A stretch of DNA of 56,513 nt from Cyanophora paradoxa CCMP329 (lineage: Eukaryota; Plantae; Glaucophyta). Below the pieces are notes generated by a model. That model worked only from the letters and a program-made list of their open reading frames with translations, was not told where the DNA came from and ran no database searches. Each line of letters begins with the position of its first letter. Within the stretch, counting starts at the first letter, position 1. The position numbers and the translations under genes are program-made. Below are positions 46,912 to 56,513 of the stretch, piece by piece. The stretch is from assembly GCA_004431415.1 (NCBI GenBank), contig QPMI01000331.1, forward strand, positions 1-56,513, read 5' to 3'.

Positions 46912-48705
46912 CAGGATTCGCCAGAGCCCTCTGGCAGGTTTGCATGAGAGGGCGGAGTGTTAGCTTTCTAGTTTCGAGGTTGGGGTCGGGGCCGCCCTGA
47001 TCACCCCCCGAAATCTCACAGGGGTCCCCACCCACACGAAACAGCCGGCAGGGAGCGCTGGGATTCGCCAGAGCACTCTGGCAGGTTTGCATGATAGGGA
47101 GGGGTGTTAGTTTTCTAGTTCCCATGCTAGTGAGGGGTGTTCATTCTCTTGTTTTGAGGTTGGGTTTGGGGCTTCCCCGATCGCCCCCCGAGATCTCACA
47201 GGGGTCCCCACCCACACGAAACAGCAGGCAGGGAGCGCAAGGATTCGCCAGAGCAGTCTGGTAAATATGCATGATAGGGGGGGTGTTAGTTTTCAAGTTT
47301 CAAGGTTGGGTTTGGAGCTGCCCTGATCGCCCCTGAAATCTCACAGGGACCCCTGTGAGATTTTGGGGGGTGATGGGGAAAGCCCCGAACCCAACCTCGA
47401 AACTAAAAAACTAACACCCCTCCCTATCATGCAAACCTGCAAGAGTAGCCCTGCTGGAGAATTTCTCTAGGAGAGTGGGAGTTGTCAGAGGGACTTTTTG
47501 TATGTGAAGTGCTTCTGCTATTTCCAACAATTTCAAGAGATTGTTTGCTCTTCGAAATTCCACCAAGTGATCCATAATGCTTTCTGGGAAACACAGAAGG
47601 AGACAAAGAAACCTTGCTAGGTTTGCATGATAGGGCGGGTTGTTAGCTTTCTAGTTTCGAGGTTGGGTTCGGGGCTGCCCCCATCGCCCCCTGAAATCTC
47701 ACAGGGGTTCCCACCCATACGATACAGCAGGCAGGGAGCGCTGGGATTCGCCAGAGAACTCTGGCAGGTTTGCATGATAGGGAGGGGTGTTAGTTTTCTA
47801 GTGTCGAGGTGGGGTCCCCACCCACATGAAACAGCAGGAAGGGAGGGCTGGGATTCGCCAGAGCACTCTGGCAGTTTTGCATGATAGGGAGGGGTGTTAG
47901 TTTTCTAGTTTCGAGGTTGGGTTCAGGGCTGCCCCGATTGCCCCCCGAAATCTCACAGAGGCGCACCCCAAAAGGAAGCCAGGTGCACACAAAAATTTCT
48001 GGGGGGAGAATGCACAAGGCGCTAGCCTTCAGCAGGTGCACCCCACCCAGCCTCAACTTTCTAGGTGACACTGCATCATGAGGCGCACCCCAAAAGGAAC
48101 TGCAGGCTCTCACATTTTGGATTGCATGGGGAATTTTGTAAGTGAAGTTTGTTGGGGTCCCATCATCTCGGTCCCTGGAATCAATATTTAGGTAATGACG
48201 CGTCATTCTGTTTAATAAAGCATTTTAAAAATTTCTTTTGGTATTTTAAACATAAGAGATGGCACTCGCCCCCCAAAATCTAACAGGGTCCCCACCCACA
48301 CGAAACAGCAGGAAGGGAGCGCTGGGATTCGCCAGAGCACTCTGGCAGGTTTGCATGATAGGGGGGTGTTAGTTTTCTAGTTTATGAGGTTAGGTTCGGG
48401 GCTGCCCCGATGGCCCCCGAACCCAACCTCGAAACTAGAAAACTCACACCCCTTCCAATCATGCAAACCTACCAGAGTGCTCTGGCGAATCCCAGTGCTC
48501 CCCGCCTGCTGTTTCATGTGGGTGGGGATTTCTGTGAGATTTGGGGGGGCGATGGGGGCAGCCCAGGCGCTAGCCTTAGGCAGGCACACCCCACCCAGCC
48601 TCAACTACCTTTTGCCTCACTGTATCATGAGGAGCACCCCAAAAGGAAGCCAGGTGCACACAAAACTTTCTTGGGGGAGACTGCACAAGGCACTAGCCTT
48701 AGGCA
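46912..48705. repeat. Mixed SatC (both strands) and SatD (47958-48098, 48565-48705) with inserts
   Basis: Monomers visible; inserts at ~47445-47615 and 48100-48265. Confidence 0.88.
48100..48206 (-). pseudogene. N-terminus of a viral minor capsid/penton-like protein
   Basis: MTRHYLNIDSRDRDDGTPTNFTYKIPHAIQNV fits the recalled IDSRxR...F.y.lp..i.nV N-terminal motif of NCLDV/Polinton-like penton proteins; AT-rich upstream spacer. Confidence 0.55.
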
Positions 48706-48729
48706 CCAAGTCATGCCGCCAGGCGGCCA

Positions 48730-48890
48730 TATATTGGTCGGTGGAGCTCGAGCTCCAGGTGAGATCTAGGGGGGAAATATATATATATATATATTGGTCG
48801 ATGGAGCTCAAGCTCGAGGTGAGCTTGAGATCTAGGGGGGAACTATATATATCTATTTCCCCCCTAGATCTCACCTGCAGCTCGAGCTCC
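48730..48890. repeat. Short direct plus inverted repeat cluster around (AT)n
   Basis: GGAGCTCGAGCTCCAGGTGAGATCTAGGGGGGAAATA (~48743-48779) inverted at ~48854-48890. Confidence 0.8.
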
Positions 48891-49019
48891 TCATCATTAA
48901 GGGGAGGAGCGAGGTTCCCGCGGCCAGGCGCATGCGTAGAGCTTGCGAATCTCTTGCAAAGTACCTCGAATGCATATACTATCAATGTGGGCGGCTGCGG
49001 AGGCGAGGGCACACGGAAA

Positions 49020-52000
49020 TATGTGGGTGGGGACCCCTGTGAAATTTCGGGGGGCGATGGGGGCAGCCCTGAACCCAACGCCGAAACTAGAAAACTCACA
49101 CCCCTCCCTTTCATGCAAACCTGCCAGAGTGCTCTGGCGGATCCCAGCACTCCCTGCCTGCTGTTTCGTGTGGGTCCCCACCCACACGAAACAGCAGGCA
49201 GGGAGCGCTGGGATTTGCCAGAGCACTCTGGCAGGTTTGCCTGATAGGGAGGGGTGTTAGTTTTCTAGTTTCCAGGTTGGGGTCGGGGCTGCCCCCATTG
49301 GGTCCCCACCCAAACGAAACAGCAGGCAGGGAGCGCTGGTATTCGCCAGAGCACTCTGGCAGGTTTGCATGATAGGGTGGTGTGTTAGTTTTCTAGTTTC
49401 TAGGTTGGGTTTGGGGCTGCCCCGATCGCCCCCCGAAATCTCACAGGGGTCCCCACCCACACCAAACAGCAGGCAGGGAGCGCTGGGATTCGCCAGAGCA
49501 CTCTGGCAGTTTTGTATGATAGGGAGGGGTGTTAGTTTTCTAGTTTCGAGGTTGGGTTCAGGGCTGCCCCCATCGCCCCCTGAGATCTTACAGGGGTCCC
49601 CACCCACATGAAACAGCAGGCAGCTGGGATTCGCCAGAGGACTCTGGCAGGTTTGCATGATAGGGGGGGGTGTTAGTTTTCTAGTTTCGAGGTTGGGTGC
49701 GGGGCTGCCCCGATTGCCCCCCAAATCTCACAGGGGTCCCCACCCACACGAAACAGCAGGCAGGGAGCGCTGGGATTCGCCAGAGCACCCTGGCAAATTT
49801 GCATGATAGGAAGGGGTTTTAGTTTTCTAGTTTCGAGGTTGGGTTCGGGGCTGCCCCCATCACCCCCTGAAATCTCACAGGGGTCCCCACCCACAGGAAA
49901 CAGCAGGCAGGGAGTGCTTGGATTTGCCAGAGCACTCTGGCAGGTTTGCATGATAAGGAGGGGTGTAAGTTTTCTAGTTTCGGGGTTGGGTTCGGGGCTG
50001 CCACCATCGCCCCCCGAAATCTCACAGGGGTCCCCACCCACACAAAACAGCAGGCAGGGAGCGCTGGGATTCGCCAGAGCACTCTGGCAGGTTTGCCTGA
50101 TAGGGAGGGGTGTTAGTTTTCTAGTTTCCAGGTTGGGGTCGGGGCTGCCCCCATTGGGTCCCCACCCACACAAAACAGCAGGCAGGGAGCGCTGGTATTC
50201 GCCAGAGCACTCTGGCAGGTTTGCATGATAGGGTGGTGTGTTAGTTTTCTAGTTTCTAGGTTGGGTTTGGGGCTGCCCCGATCGCCCCCCGAAATCTCAC
50301 AGGGGTCCCCACCCACACCAAACAGCAGGCAGGGAGCGCTGGGATTCGCCAGAGCACTCTTGCAGTTTTGTATGATAGGGAGGGGTGTTAGTTTTCTAGT
50401 TTCGAGGTTGGGTTCAGGGCTGCCCCCATCGCCCCCTGAGATCTTACAGGGGTCCCCACCCACATGAAACAGCAGGCAGCTGGGATTCGCCAGAGGACTC
50501 TGGCAGGTTTGCATGATAGGGGGGGGTGTTAGTTTTCTAGTTTCGAGGTTGGGTTCAGGGCTGCCCCCATCGTGCCGGAAATCTCAGAGGGGTCCCCACC
50601 CACACCAAACAGCAGGAAGGGGGCGCTGGGATTCGCCAGAGCACTCAGGCAGGTTTGCATGATAGGGCGGGGTGTTAGTTTTCTGGTTTTGAAGTTGGGT
50701 TGGGGGCTGCCCCCATCGCCCCCCGAAATTTCACAGGGGTCCCCACCCACACGAAACAGCAGGCAGGGAGAGCTGGGATTCGCCAGAGCACTTTGGCAGG
50801 TTTGCATGATAGGGAGGGGTGTTAGTTCTCTAGTTTCGAGGTTGGGTCAGATTTTGGGGGGCGATGGGGGCAGCCCCCAACCCAACCTTGAAACTAGGAA
50901 ACTAACATCCCTCCCTATCATGCAAACCTGCCAGAGTGCTCTGGCGAATCCCAGCGCTCCCTGCCGGCTGTTTGGTGTGGGTAGGGACCCCTGTGAGATT
51001 TCGGGGGGCGATCAGGGCTAGCCCCAAACCCAACCTCGAAACTAGAGAACTAACACCCCTCCCTATCATTCAAACCTGCCAGAGTGCTCTGGCGAATCCC
51101 AGCGCTCCCTGCCTGCTTTTTTAATGAGGGTGGGGACCCATGTCAGATTTTGGGGGGCGATGGGGGCAGCCCCCAACCCAACCTTGAAACTAGGAAACTA
51201 ACACCCCTCCCTATCATGCAAACCTGCCAGATTGCTCTGGTGAATCCCAGCGCTTCCTTCCTGCTGTTTGGTGTGGGTGGGGATCCCTGTGAGATTTCCG
51301 GGGGCGATCGGGGCAGCTCCGAACCCAACCTCGAAACTAAAAAACTAACACCCCTCCCTATCATGCAAACCTGCCAGAGTGCTCTGGCGAATCCCAGCGC
51401 TCCCTGCCTGCTGTTTCGTGTGGGTGGTGACCCCTGTGAGATATCCGGGGGCGATCGGGGCAGCCCCAAACCCAACCTCGAAACTAGAAACCTAACACCC
51501 CTCACTAGCATGGGAACTAGAAAACTAACACCCCGCCCTATCATGCAATCCCGCCAGAGTGCTCTGGCCAATCCCTGATGGATAAGCTTTCCCACGATGT
51601 GATTCTTGGAAGAGATTATTGTGAAAAGAATATGATCGACATTTCCCATTCCATGCAAACCTGCCAGAGTGCTCTGGCGAATCCCAGCGCCCCCTGCCTG
51701 CTGTTTCGTGTGGGTGGGGACCCCTGTGAAATTTCGGGGGGCAATCGGGGCAGCCCCGCACCCAACCTTGAAACTAGAAAACTAACACCCCTCCCTATCA
51801 TGCAAACCTGCCAGAGTGCTCTGGCGAATCCCAGCGCTCGGTTCCTGCTGTTTCGTGTGGGTGGGGACCCCTGTGAAATTTCGGGGGGCAATCGGGGCAG
51901 CCACGCACCCAACCTTGAAACTAGAAAACTAACACCCCTCCCTATCATGCAAACCTGCCAGAGTGCTGGGGCGAATCCCAGCGCCCCCTGCCTGCTGTTT

Positions 52001-54445
52001 TGTGTGGGTGGGGACCCCTGTGAGATTTCAGGGGGCGATCGGGGCCACCCCGAACCCAACCCCGAAACTAGAAAACTAACACCCCTCCCTATCATGCAAA
52101 CCTGCCAGAGTGCTCTGGCGAATCCCAGCGCTCCGTTCCTGCTGTTTTGTGTGGGTGGGGACCCCTGTGAGATTTCGGGGGGCGATGGGGGCAGCCCCGA
52201 ACCCAACCTCGAAACTAGAAATCTAACACCCCTCCCTATCATTCAAACCTGCCAGAGTGCTCTGGCGAATCCCAGTGCTCCCTGCCTGCTGTTTCATGTG
52301 GGTGGGGACCCCTGTGAGATTTCGGGGGGCGATGGGGGCAGCCCCGCACCCAACCTTGAAACTAGAAAACTAACACCCCTCCCTATCATGCAAAACTGCC
52401 AGAGTGCTCTGGCGAATCCCAGTGCTCCCTGCCTGCTGTTTCATGTGGGTGGGGACCCCTGTGAGATTTCGGGGGGCGATGGGGGCAGCCCCGAACCCAA
52501 CCTCAAAACTAGAAAACTCACACCCCTCCCTATCATGCAAACCTGCCAGAGTGCTCTGGCGGATCCCAGCGCCCCCTGCCTGCTGTTTCATGTAGGTGGG
52601 GACCCCTGTGAGATTTGGGGGGCGATCGGGGCAGCCCCAAACCCAACCTCGAAACTAGAAAACTAACACCCCTCCCTATCATGCAAACCTGCCAGAGTGC
52701 TCTGGCGAATCCCAGCGCCCCCTGCCTGCTGTTTCGTGTGGGTGGGGACCCCTGTGAGATTTCGGGGGGCAATCGGGGCAGCCCCGCACCCAACCTTGAA
52801 ACTAGAAAACTAACACCCCTCCCTATCATGCAAACCTGCCAGAGTGCTCTGGCGAATCCCAGCGCTCGTTCCTGCTGTTTCGTGTGGGTGGGGACCCCTG
52901 TGAGATTTCGGGGGGCGATCGGGGCAGCCCTGAACCCAACCTCGAACCTAGAAAACTAACACCCCTCCCTATCATGCAAACCTGCCAGAGTGCTCGGGCG
53001 AATCCCAGCGCTCCCTTCCTGCTGTTTCGTGTGGGTGGGGACCCCTGTGAGATTTCAGGGGGCGATGGGGGCAGCCCCAAACCCAACCTCGAAACTAGAA
53101 AACTAACACCCCTCCCTATCATGCAAACCTGCCAGAGTGCTCTGGCGAATCCCAGCGCTCCCTTCCTGCTGTTTTGTGTGGGTGGGGACCCCTGTGAGAT
53201 TTCGGGGGGCGATGGGGGCAGCCCCGAACCCAACCTCAAAACTAGAAAACTCACACCCCTCCCTATCATGCAAACCTGCCAGAGTGCTCTGGCAAATCCC
53301 AGCGCCCCCTGCCTGCTGTTTCGTGTGGGTGGGGACCCCTGTGAGATTTCAGGGGGCGATCGGGGCCACCCCGAACCCAACCCCGAAACTAGAAAACTAA
53401 CACCCCTCCCTATCATGCAAACCTGCCAGAGTGCTCTGGCGGATCCCAGCGCTCCCTTCCTTCTGTTTCGTGTGGGTGGGGACCCCTGTGAAATTTCGGG
53501 GGGCAATCGGGGCAGCCCCGCACCCAACCTTGAAACTAGAAAACTAACACCCCTCCCTATCATGCAAACCTGCCAGAGTGCTCTGGCGGATCCCAGCACT
53601 CCCTGCCTGCTGTTTCGTGTGGGTGGGGACCCCTGTGAGATTTCGGGGGGCGATGGGGGCAGCCCCAAACCCAACCTCGAACCTAGAAAACTAACACCCC
53701 TCCCTATCATGCAAACCTGCCAGAGTGCTCTGGCGAATCCCAGCGCCCCCTGCCTGCTGTTTCGTGTGGGTGGGGACCCAAACCAGCCAAGGTGCTCTGG
53801 CGAATCCCAGCGCTCCCTGCCTGCTGTTTCGTGTGGCTGGGGATGCCTGTGAGATTTCGGGGGGCGATCCGGGCCGCCCCCAACCCAACCTTGAAACGAG
53901 AGAACTAACACCCCTCCCTATCATGCAAACCTGCTAGAGTGCTCTGGCGAATCCCAGCGCTCCCTGCCTGCTGTTTTGTGTGGGTGGGGACCCCTGTGAG
54001 ATTTGGGGGGGCGATCGGGGCCGCCCCGAACCCAACCTCGAAACTAGAAAACTAACACCCCTCCCTATCATGTGAACCTGTGGGAGTGCTCTGGCGAATC
54101 CCAGCGCTCCCTGCCTGCAGTTTCGTGTGGGTGGGGACGCCTGTGAGATTTCGGGGGTCGATTGGGGCCGCCCGGAACACAACCTTGAAACTAGAAAACT
54201 AACACCCCTCCCTATCCTGCAAACCTGCCAGAGTGCTCTGGTGAATCCCAGCGCTCCCTGCCTGCTGTTTTGTGTGGGTGGGGACCCCTGTGAGATTTCA
54301 GGGGTCCCACCCACACAAAACAGCAGGAAGGGAGCGCTGGAATTGGCCAGAGCACTCTGGCAGGTTTGCATGATAGGGAGGGTGTTAGCTCTCTAGTTTC
54401 AAGGTTGGGTTCGGGGCTGCCCTCATCGCCCCCCGAAATCTCACA
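49020..54445. repeat. SatC arrays (minus ~49170-50845; plus ~50848-54300)
   Basis: 147-bp monomer; most homogeneous at 51652-53780; local ~856-bp duplication within ~49180-50560. Confidence 0.96.
51577..51651 (+). mobile_element. ~75-bp Gypsy protease fragment within SatC
   Basis: DKLSHDVILGRDYCEKNMIDISHS matches family-1-like protease end. Confidence 0.85.
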
Positions 54446-54772
54446 TGGGTGCTTTATTTCCGTCTCTATTGCATATAAGGCAGCTGGCTCATTCCCTGCT
54501 ACGAAAGTGCTCTTGGCTTGTGTTTATGCCCCCGCTAGTGACAACAGGGACCGCCGTGAGTGGTGGCAATCTTGTGTGCAGGCTGGGTATCTTTCTGCTA
54601 CTATGCCGATGCTTCTTATTGGGGACTGGAACCACCGCGCCCCTAAATCTGGTTCCTTGCAACGCTCTTACCTGTATGCGACGATGGCTTCACACCAACT
54701 TGATGATCTCGCGAACCATGCTCCACCGCCTCCTGCCGGCGAACCTGCAGCGGCATTTGCCCCGACTTATTG
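54446..54772 (+). mobile_element. LINE APE endonuclease fragment (second copy)
   Basis: CVYAP, LLIGDWN; homologous to 40027-40270. Confidence 0.85.
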
Positions 54773-55366
54773 CTCGGGCTTGAGACGCAGCTCCTTTGCT
54801 CGTTCGCACGTCAGGCGGGCCGCAGGTTGCGACGGCGGATCATCGCGACCCCGCTTCCCGTTGCTGCTCGAGCCGGAGGCCGCCGACGGGTTCCAAACAT
54901 CTGTACGGCTGGTCCAGGTTGCCGGCGCAATACCCGCGCGGTCCCGCAGGCGTACGGCCTCGAATACGGAGGGGACTACGAACGCCGCTTGCATGATCTG
55001 GCGACCTCGCAGGGGTTCGCAGGACGGAGGTGCTTGAGCAGGAAGTCGCTGCGCACCAAGCCCCAACAGCATACTGAGGGGTGGTTGAAATATGGGCCCC
55101 GGGTTTCAATATGGCGGACAGTGAGGATCTGAGCACCCATGCATGCAGTGTTCATGATGATCATGATTTGATCATGAGGCTTTGCAAAGACCCCGACCTT
55201 ATAACTGACTGGAGAGGTGTACCTGGGGTATTTCAAGGGATCTAGATTTGATTTTGATAGTGGCGAGCGCTGAAAGCGTGCTTGTACCTCGCCGGGCAAT
55301 AGTGGGCCCCTATTCACCAGCATGTCATTTGTGCCAGATCGCACAGCAGCACAGCCTCGGAACAGT

Positions 55367-56513
55367 CTGTGAGATTTCGGGGGGCGATGGGGGCAGCCCC
55401 GAACCCAACCTCGAAACTAGAGAACTACCACCCCCCCCTATCATGCAAACCTGCCAGAGTGCACAGGGGTCCCCACCCACACGAAACAGCAGGCAGGGAG
55501 CACTGGGATTCGCCAGAGCACTCTGGCAGGTTTGCATGAAAGGGAGGGGTGTTAGCTTTCTAGTTTCGAGGATGGGTTCAGGGCTGCCACCATCGCCCCC
55601 CGAAATCTCAAGTCCCCACCCACACGAAACAGAAGGAAGGGAGCGCTGGGATCCCCCAGAGCACTCTGGCAGGTTTGCATGATAGGGAGGGGTGTTAGTT
55701 TTTTAGTTTCAAGGTTGGGTTCGGGGCTGCCCCCATCGCCCCCCGAAATCTCACAGGGGTCCCCACCCACACGAAACAGCAGGCGGGGAGCGCTGGGATT
55801 CGCCAGAGCACTCTGGCAGGTTTGCATGATGGGGAGGGGTGTGAGTTTTCTAGTTTCGAGGTTGGGTTCGGGGCTGCCCTGACCGCCCCCTGAAATCTCA
55901 CAGGGGTCCCCACCTGTGAGAATTTGGGGGGCGATGGGGGGAGCCCTGAACCCAACCTCGAAACAGGAAAACTAACACCCCTCCCTATCATGCAAACCTG
56001 CCAGAGTGCTCTGGCGAATCCCAGCGCTCCCTTCCTGCTGTTTGGTGTGGGTGGGGTTCGGGGGGCGATGGGGGCAGCCCCGAACCCAACCTCGAAACTA
56101 GAAAACTAACACCCCTCCCTACCATGCAAACCTGCCAGAGTGCTCTGGCGAATCCCAGCGCTCCCTGCCTGCTGTTTCATGCACAGGGGTCCCCACCCAC
56201 ACGATACAGCAGGCAGGGAGCACTGGGATTCGCCAGAGCACTCTGGCAGGTTTGCATGATAGGGAGGGGTGTTGGTTTTCCAGTTTCGAGGTTGGGTTCG
56301 GGGCCCCCATTGCCCCGGGGGGGCGATGGGGCAGCCCCGAACCCAACCTCGAAACTAGAAACCTTACACCCCTCCCTTTCATACAAAACTGCCAGAGTGC
56401 TCTAGAGAATCCCAGCGCTCTCTTCCTGCTGTTTCATGTGGGTGGGGAACCCTGTGAGATTTCGGGGGGCGATGGGGGCAGCCCTGAACCCAACCTCGAA
56501 ACTAGAAACCTTA
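55367..56513. repeat. SatC with repeated orientation switches
   Basis: Switches at ~55462, ~55915, ~56180, ~56300-56320. Confidence 0.92.

Noticed and set aside
51578-53911. Long 49-aa repeat ORFs on both strands (e.g. 362 aa, 361 aa)
   Set aside because: By-product of a 147-bp monomer divisible by three; frames break at 1-bp indels and inversions and show no coding bias.

Overview
Eukaryotic, heterochromatin-like (possibly centromeric) window; the organism cannot be identified from sequence alone. About half is tandem satellite DNA in four families: SatA ~124 bp, SatB ~206 bp, SatC 147 bp and SatD ~123 bp. SatA, B and D are unrelated except for a shared ~60-bp core containing TGCACAAGGCGCTAGCCTTAGGCAG. 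One structurally complete Ty3/Gypsy element (10396-15168) sits inside SatA, with identical 123-bp LTRs, a CCCC target duplication, a tRNA-iMet-like PBS and a PPT. It is broken by a deletion/templated-insertion scar, and its LTR end folds back onto its own PBS. The arrays are interrupted by more than 20 short fragments (70 bp-2 kb) of other Gypsy families, L1/Tx1-like LINEs, virus-like genes (including a penton-like N-terminus) and host genes, often at orientation switches. Two spliced host genes lie between arrays: a GH20 beta-hexosaminidase and a putative type II membrane glycosyltransferase-like gene. The first 3.2 kb is a GC-rich, virus-like region with a Cys-rich/PD-(D/E)xK-like ORF and a candidate structured RNA. 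Some of the patchwork could be amplification or assembly chimerism; this cannot be excluded here.
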